Made by a program: the position numbers and the translations under genes
Assembly (NCBI RefSeq): GCF_000150275.1
Contig: NW_002060953.1
Span: forward strand, 2,159,429-2,223,428
Origin: Trichoplax adhaerens
Taxonomy: Eukaryota > Animalia > Placozoa
Length of the DNA stretch: 64,000 nucleotides
Direction of reading: 5' to 3'
Shown: in pieces, positions 50,810 through 64,000 of the stretch
Numbering within the stretch: position 1 is the first letter of the stretch
Layout of the letters: every line of letters begins with the position of its first letter
The notes under the pieces: model-generated
Told to the model about the DNA's origin: nothing
The model's input: the letters and a program-made list of their open reading frames with translations, nothing else
Database searches by the model: none

Positions 50810-53800
50810 TCAGAAGTATCCCTATTTACAACGACGATATAATTATAGAATTTATGCCAATTAAAGGTATTGAACGCTGATATTGTTTAAGAGAACGTGG
50901 TTATAATTGTGATTTCTACCGTTAGCCTTGTGCATAGAGACTGCATAATGCCAGGAAGATTGCAAATTATTTTCGAATATATTTACGGCGAGCTTGTCAT
51001 AAATATATGGATTTGTTTTAAATAGCTTTAACATATGCATACGTAGACATACGTAGATGTGGATTTGTGCTTTCTATTTAATGCAATAACTGAGATTAGG
51101 CTCCTTATTCAGAAAGCTAGCTTATTTTTACGAAAGGACTGCTTCACACTCATTGTTGGCAATACAAGTATGTACAGCTGCTATAAATGCATTTAGATAT
51201 AAGATAATTGTAGCGTGCCTTTAAAGGATAAGTTATTGTTTTGATCAGTGTTGCTAATACTGGTTTTGATACCTAAAACTTGCTTAAATCAAGTTATTTG
51301 GTATGTATGTTAATTGTGATATCAAAATGATGTGCTTTATTTTCTACAAAAATTATAACGTGGAAGATACATGTCAGCTTGTAAGATACACGTATAAATT
51401 GAGAAAATTTAGAACTATACATAACCTTATTAGTCTTTCACTCTAAAATTCTAGCGTAAATTGCGTTTCTAACAACCATTTAATATGGTATACTATAATA
51501 GTTTTTTTTCAACTTTAATTCGGCCTAGTTTAGAGTTATACTAGTATCGCTATAATATCGTACCGACATGTGGTCAATTTTAAATCGACCATGTTGCATT
51601 AGAGACTGTGTGAAATGTTTTGAATAAAAGATTTCGTGAAAGATAGGTAACAAGATATATCATTGCTTGATGGAGATATTACATAGGTATACAAATCGCT
51701 TTTACCCATTTGAATAAACTACGACGTAAACAATAAACTTGAATCAGTCGTTTTAGTAGACAGTCGCATTCGAACGTACAATTGCATTGCTTATATAACG
51801 TATGATATTCTCACATACTAAGACTCGCAGTTTAAAAGGTATAGGCCAAGAACCATTACGAGTTCGAAACCTGTTTTGTACCGACTAGTTTCTAAATGAC
51901 GCTGTTTTATAAGGATGCTAGTATAGCAACAGTAACTGCCGATACAAGATGTAATACTGCATATTCAATTTTAATATCGTAGCTTTTTATTATACTCGTA
52001 TGGCTGTATCTCACGTCACATTTTCAAAGTAAAAAACGCACTAGTACATAAGGTATGTGGCTTCAAAGCTGCAACGCCCTTGAACACTGTTGCAAATACT
52101 TTTTAATGTATGAGAAAATGAATTGTGAAATATCTTTGGGCTAAATATTGCCTATGTCGTAGTCATCATGATGGTCTCGCATAACATAAGCTATACACGT
52201 GTACAGTCGAATTTTTTGATGTTGCTTTTAAGAATTAAATGAGGAATCGAGGAAACTGTTGGTATATAAATCTAGGCAATAATTTGATATCATATCCGTC
52301 TTATACGCTATTTTAGCGACAAATATCATTATCAACTATTCTATTACGTCATTCTAAAAATGATGTTCAGTGTTACTTATAAATATAGAATTGAATGCTT
52401 AGTTAAATTTGCAATGAAAATTGGCCATTTAAATCGACCATGTTGCAAGATGTATATCTAGGGAGGTAAGATTAGCAATGAATATTATTATTTCTACCAC
52501 ATCATGATTCTTGTCTCTTCCTGTAAAGATGAAATTATTTCGCTATGTATTTCACTATGTACACTGATTCAAATATACTAAATGATTGAACTAGTGCGAT
52601 TCTCCTATTTTCAATTCAATCCTAATTACGGTTATAGTTTGGCGGTAGATATGACTATACAGCTAAGCAAAAAGCTGAAGGTCTAGAGCCGCGTCACACG
52701 AGAACATGCAAGTAATGGAACATGTTTTATCCGGCGCCGGTGGAGATGTCAAATCGGAGACTGTTGTACTAACATATGTATGCATCTTTTCGGGTCAATT
52801 TTTTAGTAGCAGCAACATGAGTTTGCTAGCTTTAAACTGTGACATCATCCAGCTATTTTAGAAATTTAATAGTCTACAAAATTTTTAAACACGTATGATG
52901 CATACGTATCGTATCCATATACAAGGCCGTGCTTGTAAATACTCCCACATTCGGTTAATTCTTAGTATGTAAGGCTCCTCTTTACTGACTACATATCTAA
53001 TTAGTGCAGAACTGGAGCTACGACAACTGATTTTCTTTATCGAATGCTAGGCAGTTGTAGCTTAATAGTGTACACAACTAAGGTTGTCAAATCAAAATTG
53101 TGCGTTTTGGATCTAAAGCAGTCAAAGATGCAAGGTTAAATACTTTATAGCATCGTAATCATTTTGTGGCCGGTTTTAAATTGCATCTTAATGCATTGTG
53201 AACTGTCGTATGAGAAGTTAATGCAAACAACAGGCATTTTTGAAAGTTGGTATGGAATGATGCGTTGATAGTTCTGCTGCCATATGAACGTTGAGGATAA
53301 TGGGATGTTATGCCAGGTATGATTGACAAAAACATGTACACAACGACACGATCGGCAATTCGTACAGTACCTACGAGAAAGTTATGGTTTAAATTGATGA
53401 TCAGAGGGTCAGAAAAATTTCTACCGTAGGCGTTTATCCATTGAGAAGAATTTTTATTACTCATTCCTCGTATGCCATTCTTGACAGCCACTGTCATGAT
53501 GCTATCACGGGATAAACCAATGCACGATCAAATTATGGGAAATCATCATGAATAATTGTCAGCGTGCCAAGTGACGCAGATGGTCCGCCGCTACTAGATT
53601 AGCATGGCTCCAGCATCCGTTGTTCTACCAGCAATTTCCATGATGGCGAGCTGATGAACGGAGATTCTACCGTACTGTGGATATGATATGATGGATAATG
53701 ACTGCTATTTTAGTATCGTCAGCATGCTATTGCCCACTTTCCTCTCATCAACCTGATGGTATCCATTGATGGAAGGATAGATCTCGTCGAGAAAGTCATG

Positions 53801-54464
53801 TTGTGATCATATGGCGTACCGGTAAGTAAGCCACAGCTCTCATGAGCTATGATTGGATAGCTGATGCAAAATTAATCCTAAATGAATTGAAAGGCTGCCA
53901 TGCAAGTGTTTGAATAAGCGCTATTCTCCTGTCTGTCTGCGCTAGTTGTCGTCAAGGCGTTGGCTGATTCTATAGGCCTAGTACAGCCACAGTTAAGCAA
54001 ATAAATTGATTTACGCATACTGTCCATGCATTCATCTTGACTGACGTCAATGCATCCAACGGCTCCAGCAAGTCAATAAGGAAATGATGACTAACTGTAC
54101 CGTTTGGAGCTTGGCCTATAGCCCCGATCATTTTGTGGTTAACGATGGCTCAATCATATACCAAACAACACCAGCAAAGATTCATTTAAAGTATTTACGT
54201 AGACATTGCTGAAAATGCTTGCATTGCTTCCACAGTTGCTCTTTCAACATCCATTACCACCTCCATGAGCTGTAATCGACAGCATTGGTTAAGTGGATTT
54301 AGCCGTCGTGGAATTCTTCTCCGCGATGACAATACTTCTGCAAATGAATGCACACCAATGTATAGTATACACCGGCTATAGAGGCGATTGGAAGGAAAGC
54401 TTATGTCGGCATGGGTGCATTGCTAGAGTACAAGGACTACTATGAATTTTGTCCAGGCTTCACA

Positions 54465-54840
54465 CTGTACAGTACAGTACACTGTACTGTACGTACAGTA
54501 CGATTGATTCACTACAGTACAGTACATTGTACTGTACTGTACAGATGGACAGTCTTGTGGACGTGTAGTGCAGTACAGTACATGACAGTACTGTACTATA
54601 CTTGTCCTGTATCAAGTCAACCCCTACAGCTTATGCGCCATCTTGATTTTGCCCACTTACCCATACTGTATTTTAGTTTGTATCATCCTACAAGCCGTCT
54701 AGCAATTTTGGTCATAGTGAAGAAAATCCACAGGCCATTGGTCACATTCATGTTCACCTAGCTTGTGCCTTCTTTTCTAGCTTTTCTTTCGTTTCCTATG
54801 TACAGTAGACTGTAGTTTAAAGTACTAACAGTACAGTACA
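54465..54840. promoter_or_regulatory. TACAGTA/TACTGTA motif cluster upstream of TMTC4
   Basis: ctgtacagtacagtacactgtactgtacgtacagtac ... actacagtacagtacattgtactgtactgtacag, with more copies at ~54800-54840. Confidence 0.5.
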
Positions 54841-56039
54841 TTTCGTGATTGTCATCATGATTTCAACTAATTAATGACTCTACTGTAGTTAACGGTATGT
54901 GTTTTGACTCAAACTACAATCGCAGATTACGACGGGCTCATCAGCATCAAGACAAATGACCATGAAGCAAAATGGTCATCCAGTACTAGCCCCAATCCTT
55001 TATTTAGTTATACCCATAGAGCCCAGATCAACATTTCATCCTCTGCTTATCGACCATGAGAGACGAGTAGGCAGAGGGTAAAAATAGCGCCAATCAATTG
55101 ATCGTTGACCGTAACACCAATCAACTAAACGATCCACGGTAGACAGTAAACGTTCCATCAATGGATGTGTTTAGACATCGCATCCATTTAACAAGCTCCA
55201 ATTAGTCAATTGTTACACTATTGACTTAAGCTTATTGTTATTCATGATGACCAAACAAGGTATAAACATTTTTGTCGTAGTCCGTCTTCGTACTGCCTTC
55301 CATCGTATAGGCAATTTAATTGACTGATTAATTATTATTATCGTCTTGCTTGTTATCAGTATGAAATAGAGGGAAATCTTTTTCAACATAATGTTATCGC
55401 CTTATCATCATCTTGTTGATAACATGGATACCATCGATAAGAGAAACATCTTCCAGCAAAGCAATTGCATGCTGCTTACGGATAGTAATCCATCTTGTAG
55501 GCTATTCTTAATGAGGAAAACATCCATATCCAATTGAACACTCGTGTCAATACAACACATGATTAATTCAACTTGGAAACAATAACATCCAATGATTGAT
55601 TAAAATCGTTCCAAAATAAGTAACAGGACAAAATTGGAACAAGTCACGCCAAGGAATGTGCATGCGTAAGGCCATTTCCACTAGCGTGGGCCCAGACAAC
55701 TTCGGTTAAGGCCAACAAGTTGGCGACGATGAGACAAAAGGGTGGAAAAGTACACAGTACTGTAGAAAGACGATATGAAGTAAATCCAATGGGTTGTTTA
55801 TCTTGTCGCAGTCTTGTCCAAACGACGATAACATTGAGACAATCTCTCGTGTAACTAAACTAACTTGGCTAATTATTCTGCATACCATTGATCGATTATG
55901 ATAAGCTGATGTTGGACAGCAATGGCCACCCCATGCTAACCTTAATTGGCCATCATTGACGCTTTCAATCGACCAAAGCGATTCCAATCTCAACGATATT
56001 GTCTCATTGCCTAGCGTTAATGAGGAGGAAATTAACGCC

Positions 56040-59000
56040 ATGAGTAATAATCGTAAGAAGAAACCATTTATCATGGGTAAAAAAGTGAAAAATGATCATC
56101 AACAAGATCCCTCCAAGTTACAAGTTGTTGATCCATTCGATTCTAGTTTACCTCTTCCATCTTTCAATACTTTTTATGCTTGTTGCTTGATAGCATGTCT
56201 TGCCATCGCTTGCTACATCAATAGCTTGCCCGGTGAATTTGTATTTGATGACGTGGAAGCCATTACTGGCAATCAAGATCTTTTACCCAATACATCCTTC
56301 TCCGCGCTATTTCAACATGATTTCTGGGGTACACCAATCGATTCTATTCATAGTCATAAATCTTATCGTCCATTGACTGTCCTATCGTTTAAATTGAATT
56401 CGATGATGATGGGAAAATTAAATGCTCAAGCATTCCATTGGGTCAACATTATTTTACACGCTATCATTTGTATCCAATATTATTTTTTCGCACGAACGCT
56501 CTTTACCGCTTGTATCCATCCTTTTCCACACGGTCAGCAAAGTCATGATGGCCAAACGATTTCAACGCCTTTACGTGCTCCTTTCCTAGCAGCCTTAATA
56601 TTTACGATTCATCCAATTCACACAGAATGTGTAAGTACAACTATTTTCAACCTAGGATAGTAAAATAATAATTCCATCCTTGTTTTTTATTGATGACATT
56701 GCGCGATACTAATCCTTTTTCTATCTACCATTTTTCCTTCCGATGAATTGCTTTCTTTTCACTTCGACATCCTGCCTATGCCCTTAGGTGGCTAGTATCG
56801 TGGGTCGAGCAGAGTTATTAGCAGCCATCTTTTATTTTCTTGCTTTCTCGTCCTATCAACGTAGCCTACAAACAGAATTTGGTAAGACCATCTCTTTTTC
56901 TTTTCAATACTCCATTTGGACATGTTACATCATCTCCATTTCGCTTAGTAGTCAAGAGACATCACCATACGTTGTTTACATAATTCATGCAAGCATGATT
57001 GATTGATATTTGATTACTATCAATACGTAGATGAAGATGGCCGTCCACAACGTGTACAATGGAGTTATCAAATTTTAACGTTGATCTTTGCAGCAATCGC
57101 TATGCTGTGTAAAGAGCAAGGCATTACTATTATGGTAAGACAAAGTGATTGATGACAACCTGAAAGAGGAGAAGGATTATTTAAATGCACTCTCTTTCTC
57201 TCGTTTAGGGATTTTGTCTAGTTTATGATCTACTTATTAATTGCCGATTCCATCCTTTCCTAATCTTTCGGTCCTCTTCCAGCTACTCTTCCATGGTAAG
57301 TTCTATTATTGAAACTTGGTAAATTATATTATCGATTTGTCAAGGTTCTTCCTCATATAGCATTGTCCATCAAACACTGTACTTCTCATTGAATAATAAC
57401 ATTTCCATTATGGCAGAACGAGAAGCAAAACTCATGGGTTCGATCTTTACTCTATCGTGCACTATTCGTTCTATTGGGGACTAGTTCTGCTATATACTTT
57501 CGCTATTTAATTATGAAATCTGGACCACCCCAATTCCGTCCCAGTGATAATCCAGCATCCTTCGAAGAATCACGATTCATTCGTGTAAGTTCCACAATCA
57601 TAAGTCATTATTTGAATACAAGATCGGCCATTTTTTGTAATGCTTTAACTCGATGTTATTTAGATGCTTAATTACAACTATATCTACACCATTCATGCAT
57701 GGCTGTTAATTAGCCCCAATTGGCTATGCTTTGACTGGTCTATGGGTTGCATCCCATTAATCAAGACTGTTTTCGACTATCGTTGTCTATTTCCAGTCTT
57801 ATTTTGGATTATCGTGGCGATTGTAATTTGCTCTAACTGCAGCTCTAATAAACCAAGTTCCAGGTAGGTCTATGTATGAACTTCCTCTATGTAAAGTACA
57901 AAAAGCTCGTCCAAACAGGTCCAATTGGTTGTCATTTCCTTTACCAATGTCAACATCGTCAATAAAATAGAAAAAGAAATTATGTATAGATCCTATTCTA
58001 ACCTATACACTCGACCAAGAATTAGAAGTGGCATACAACACTCTACAAGAAGATGTATGCATTCATTAGGGTTTAATAACAGTAGTTTTTGAGCCATATT
58101 GATGGAACTATGAAATTATTAAAGCCGTAGTGATATGATTGCTACGATACCTATTCTAAAAGGAGCTCATACAGTAGCCTTCAGCAAGGTTTATGGATTA
58201 TTTCAATTTTATTATTACCTATATTAACCACGCTGATGGCACAATGAAGCTTGTAAAACCGCGGCTATCTCGTAAGCGTATTCTAAAGGGAAATTTTACA
58301 GTAGTTTTCAAAATGATTTATTATGTAGATTATTTAAGTTTAATTATCATCTATCGTGTCCCTTATTAATGGCACGATTAAGTTTGCAAAGCTGTAGCTA
58401 CATTATTGCGAGTAAGCATATTCGAAAGGGAAATTCAAGAATTAGTCTTGAAGATGATTGATAGGGAAATTATACGGTAGTCTTCAATATATTGACTATT
58501 AAAGTTTAATTACTTTCTATATTCCACGATATAGATGTCATGATAAAGAATGTAAAACTATTGCTTTTTTATTGTAAGGCATTCTTTTGCTATGGCCAAG
58601 TAAAACGGAAGTTTTTAAGTTAGAATGATCAATGGCTATTTTTAGATTTTAGAAGATTCGTTCTCTAACTAGTCTGATACTAAATTAAGGCATAATCGCT
58701 GACAATAAAAGAAAATACCACCCTGGAAATGATATTCAAGAACATGCCATGCATGTAAAAGCGGCTCTAGCACCCTTTTTGTTAGAAAAAGATATTAATT
58801 ATTACACCGAAGAAATAGCGTGAAAATCATCAAAACATGATACAAAGGCTTCCAAGACGGCCGATATTTAGGGCAAAGATTTTGACAAATCTTTGCGAAT
58901 TTATGACAAAATTTTTTTTATTTAATTTTCTTTCTCTGACAATGAAGTGGATTTTGTATTAAGAAAGTTTTCGTATTCGTTTTTCATTTTACACAATACC

Positions 59001-62000
59001 TTATGGTTAATTGTTAGCAAAAAATTTTCCATTTTTAGTCATACTTGCCTGAAGGCGTTTCTTTCAATATTTTGTTCCACTGGTAACTTAGATCGTATAC
59101 AATCCTTTTATCGTATTTGCTTATCATCTGGTATTTTTTCTTTGTTTGTTGGTATAGCGATAATCTATCTTGAAATGACTGACGATTTTCTTATTTACTA
59201 TTATACCGATGCAAGGATCGTATTAATTTCCATCCCAACTGTTTACTACTAAAATTTTTATTTTTACTTTTCTAATTTGAAAAGTGAAATTGTTTCTCGG
59301 CATTCTTAAGAGCATTAAACAACTAACGATACAGTAGAAATTTTATTTTTAAAACATCACCATTTTAATATATAAGGAATAACTTGCATAGCTTGAGTAA
59401 CTGGCCATTCGTACACCGATTTTACTTAATGAATATTTTTCATTATTACAAATTTTCAATTCAAGAATAAAATGCGGGTAAGAGTGATTTTCCACTCGTA
59501 CAATCAATTTCATGCTAAAAAAATAGTTCAATTGTCACAATTTTAAATTGAAAAGCAGAATGTGTAACAAGCGCGATTAACAACTGTCGTTACTGATTGT
59601 AAGCTAGAGAATATTTGTTTATTAGGCCTGGTGCCGATGATACAATATTAATTAATTAATGATAATTAATTGATCAGGCGCATAAATTCTCCATTACATC
59701 ATAAACAAAGCTGCATCAAACGTTACCTGCAGTTTTAGCATTAATTGTAGTCGGAAAATAATTTTAAAAGGGCGCCTACTGATTTTTGCAAAGTTGTTTA
59801 ACTGAAGAAGAAATTGTATAGCAAAAGCGATTACGCTCCCATACGTCTGCTTTTGACTAAATAATATTTAACGGAATATTCATATTTTTTCTACAGTAAG
59901 AAATAAGCTTGGTTCTTAAGCTCTTCTTGCCAATATGAGAAAAGATCTAACAATTAAGAGTTCTGTAGCGTAAAGAAAGCAAAAATTATGCATTGTCGCA
60001 GTTTGTGAGTCCCATGATGCCAACCAGGAAAATCGCTTTAAATTATGAATTCTATTACGTAGTTTGTAACTCCCTCCGGTATTTTGCTTCACTTCACTAG
60101 CAGTATAGCATCATTTTAACAGCATAAATGCAATCAAATGATCACGATCTCTCATTCTAGGATAGAACTAATAATGCAATTTGGCGTAGTACAGCATCAT
60201 CCATTTTAACCTCTAATTTTATGCTACTGTGATAAGTATGCAAGATCGAATAGTATAGACGAATCTCAGGGTGCATAACATTACCCCACCCCCACTTTTA
60301 CACTCTATTAAAATTTGAAAACTTTTTGTAGAGAATTGATATCAATCCAATTCTCAAATTTATCACTGATTCGATTCATCGCTGTTATATCGCTGATATG
60401 TTCAAAACTATTTCTGATCGATACTTTACCTATGCTTTTTATTTATCTTCAAGAGTACTTCTACTACTAAAGGATAATTAAAACTATTGATATTGAATCT
60501 AACAATAAATTCTTTTCATATCTATGTGCAAGACTGATCAATATATCTCTGGCGTGTGCAATTATTCCATTTATTCCTGCGTCCAATATTCTATTTCGAG
60601 TTGGTTTTGTCATCGCTGAAAGAGTTTTGTATCTGCCCAGCGTTGGCTACTGTATTTTGCTAACTTACTCATTTTGTGTCTTAAGTCGGAGAGAAGGTTT
60701 AAATAAGGTAAACTTGCACTAGATTAACAAAGTTTCAAATGGTGATATTGCACAATAAAATGCGGTGTGAAATTCTTTCTTACAATTTTACGCTAATACA
60801 CATTTTTGGGGTCAATTCTAATAGGCAATTTTGGCTGGAATTGTTGTATTATTAATCGGATATACATGTAAAACTGTTAAGGTATTTCACTGTAGTAGAT
60901 TTTTGTATAAGAGAAAGATTCTGATTATGAAATAACAATTAATTATTAAGTAAAACTATTAATCTTATTTTGCAATTGGTAGAGAAATACGCAATGGCTG
61001 AATAGTGAAGCACTCTTTGTTTCTGCATTGGATATTTGTCCACTTAATGCCAAGGTAAGGATATCCAATTTGCTCTGGTCATACTTTGCTTAATTTTTAA
61101 CTTGTCAAAAGAGCATCAAAGTATTCATCAAGCTATCGTTGGGTGTTTTAATTGTACAAAGGTTCATTATAATATCGGCAAAGTATATAGCGATTCTGGT
61201 AAGGAACTACTGGCAGAAGAATATTATCGCAAAGCAATCAGGTAATGATTTTAATTGCAATCATTTGGATATATTAAGAGTCGCTATAAAACGTCCATGG
61301 ATCTTTACAGTCTAGAGCCAAATTATGAACAAGCATTGAATAATTTAGGAAATTTACTAAAGGTACAGTGCCACAGTAAAAATGATGATGTCTTCCTGAT
61401 GATTTCACACTATCGAAATATTCTAATACATGAAGGGTATTTCACCGATTGACTCATTTTGATAGGATCGGAAAGCTTTCGATGAAGCGGAGCAATACCT
61501 AAAAAGAGCAGTCCAACTAAGGTTAAACTGAGCAATCATTGCTACTTTTACTATTTTCTTACCTAATCTAATCTAGTAGTGACATATTCAAGCTAATCAA
61601 GCAGAAAGTGATAAGATAGCTTAATCGGACATTTAAAATTACTTGCGATACAGGAAAGACTTTGCAGCTGCATGGATGAATTTAGGCATCGTTCAATCAG
61701 ATCTTGGAAAGTTCAAGGTATAGAGTGGCCCGGCATTTTATAAACGGATCAGGAAACGTATATTTAATTATGACACCTAATCTGATCATTATTCCACATT
61801 AGGAAGCTGAAAATAGCCTTCGAACTGCCACCGTACATCGGTCATACTATCCCGATGCGTATTATAATTTGGGAAATTTGGTATGTCAGTCTTAAGTCCT
61901 CATCTTGCTAGTTAAATATTACGTGATTTGATTATTTTTTAATTTTATATGTTCAGTATATAGCTACTAATGAATTGAGTAAATCAGAAGCCGCTTTTAT

Positions 62001-62871
62001 TAAGGCCATTTCACAAACAGAGCATCATAAACTAGCTTGGAATAATTTGGTTCTAATGCTATTCAACACCGGTAACGTGTAGATTTGGATTTTATAAAGT
62101 CAAAAAATATTCCTTCGGCATTATTAGCATATTATAATTCGCTATCAGTCAGCCCTGATACTACGGCACTAAGTATCGAAATATATTATCCGTAATCCAT
62201 TCAAATCATTTGTTTACAGGCAATTTGGAAAGAGCTGAAAGATATGCCAGAAGAGGAATCCAAGAAAATGCAAACTTTTCAGAAATGCACCATTTACTAG
62301 GCAATGTTTTAGGCAAGCAAAAGAAATACAAGGTAAGAGAAGGTATAATCGCTCCAAGTTAAAGTTAAGCCTGTAGATATTGATAATACATTTCTACTTA
62401 CTACGATAGGAGGCAATCCATCATTTCGAACTGGCCATGTTGAGTCATCCTGATGATCCCGCATTATACGCTAATTTAGGTAAACATTATTTAGATGTAG
62501 TTATTGCAAGATTAAGAACCAAACAAACGTATAAATAATCTATAGCAAAATATATAAAATGGTGTTTGCTAAAACCTATGATTTAATTCGGTGCATACTT
62601 ATGGTAAAAAATGGAAATAAATCTGTTAAAATGATGCTACTAGCTTTCAATCCATTATGCAAAGTAATATTTTATGATTATTAACATGACATAGCATGAA
62701 GCTTAATTTCCACCTTACTAATATTTCCTAATAGGAGTTGTTTATCATTTAAACCAAAACCCTACGCAGGCGGAATTTTATTACAAGAAAGCACTTTCAA
62801 TAGACCCAAATTTTAAAACTGCTCGTGACAATATCAGCAAATTAAAGCGTGAAAAACCCAATGTAGGATAA
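56040..62871 (+). CDS. TMTC4: Protein O-mannosyltransferase TMTC4 (transmembrane, DUF1736 and TPR domains), about 18 exons
   Basis: FVFDDVEAI, HDFWG...SHKSYRPLTV, HPIHTEC|VASIVGRAELL, AMLCKEQGIT, DNPASF, WLCFDWSMGCIPL, PASNILFRVGFVIAERVLYLPS, CPLNAKVHYNIGK, then TPR exons; stop TAA at 62869-62871. Confidence 0.92.
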
Positions 62872-62977
62872 CTATAAAAGAACCATCAAAGCTATTAATG
62901 CTACAGCTATAGTTTTGTTTTTTTTATAACCTTGTAATGTACTATTAAACTGTATTGTCTACTCTGGCCTAGGTCGG

Positions 62978-63293
62978 ATTTGATTTCAATTTAACAGAAC
63001 TAAAATGAAGTTTATGAAAGCAATGATTCAATATTAAATCTCTAGTTAGCTTTGAGGAAAGTTTAGATAGTGTATGATATAATATGTTATACCTTGTTAG
63101 TCTTCTACAAGATCAACAATTTCGGCTGCATTTATTGATTTGATTTCGAGTAAGCAGGACTAAAGTGAAATGTATGAAAGCAGTGATGCTAAATCTGTAT
63201 CAAGTTTTGAAGAATGATTAGATAGTGTACGATAAGCTATATTATATCTTAGTCTCCCACAAAATCAACTGTTTCGGCTGCGTTTATTAATTT
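62978..63293. repeat. Diverged ~160-bp tandem duplication 3' of TMTC4
   Basis: Both copies share gattt...actaaaRtgaa..tatgaaagca...ttagatagtgta...ttagtct...atcaac..tttcggctgcRtttatt. Confidence 0.75.
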
Positions 63294-64000
63294 ATATCTA
63301 GATTTAAATTTTGCACCAATTCGACTTCGTATTTTTTTCTATTTTATAACTCTTCTTCTGTAATGTAAAAATTTCTGCTCAAATTGTCGACTAATTGTAC
63401 ATTCAAATAATAATTTTAAGAGCTATAACTCTTTAAAAATTATATTGCAATAGATATTACAACCAAATCAAAGTTAATTTCACGGTTCAATCCAATATTG
63501 GGTTGCACTTGATATTTAATAGATTAATATCATTTCTCAATTTGACAAGAACAGTCATCGCCTTATTACGATATATGTGTATGTGTAATTATCTACTATA
63601 AATAAAATTTGACGATATTAAGATAAATCGAATACGTATTGCAGTTATATAGCGTACATTCATGCTACCTAGAACTCTTAGATTACTAAAGTATTAAATT
63701 TTCGTAGCAATCTTAGAGATTATGTAATCTCAAAATTAAATTATTTGTACATTCTTGCATTAATAGAGAAAGCTAGTAGACATCAAATTGACCTTAACAT
63801 AAATTTAGCATTAGTTGCAGAACCGTAGATGGCAATTTCAAGGCAATTATTGTTGCACACACTTTCTTAAAGTGCACGTATGCATAATACATATAGTCTT
63901 CATATATTACACTGCTGCTTATCACTCAATAAACTTTACTTCTGATTAAATTAAATATTACGTAGCATTGCTTAACTTTTTCAGCTCTCTCTGTAACTTA

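Noticed and set aside
55706-56074. 122-aa antisense ORF with a signal-peptide-like start overlapping the TMTC4 5' end
   Set aside because: No recognisable homology; explainable by chance in a GC-richer 5' region
58947-59531. Hydrophobic ORFs in the long TMTC4 intron
   Set aside because: AT-rich compositional ORFs with no recognisable motifs or splice support

Overview
AT-rich, intron-dense eukaryotic (animal-type) genomic DNA. The short introns and compact genes resemble a placozoan such as Trichoplax, but that is an inference and was not verified. The ORF track mostly shows exon fragments, so gene models were rebuilt by hand from splice sites. Gene order: VAT-1 homolog (5'-partial, +); four endosomal-type Na+/H+ exchanger paralogs (SLC9A6/7/9-like; A and B on -, C and D on +) arranged divergently around a decayed Helitron; RALBP1-like RhoGAP (-); a ~280-bp tandem repeat; a plasma-membrane-type NHE (+); and TMTC4 (+). 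The main result is that each of the four endosomal NHE paralogs carries three minor-spliceosome (U12-type) introns, 12 in ~28 kb. Six of them restore the conserved protein only if they end in non-canonical AT-AA termini, and one intron position is AT-AC in A/B but AT-AA in C/D. Other observations: a triplicated exon with two decayed copies, a P/Galileo-like transposon footprint, and TACAGTA-motif clusters upstream of the putative housekeeping genes.
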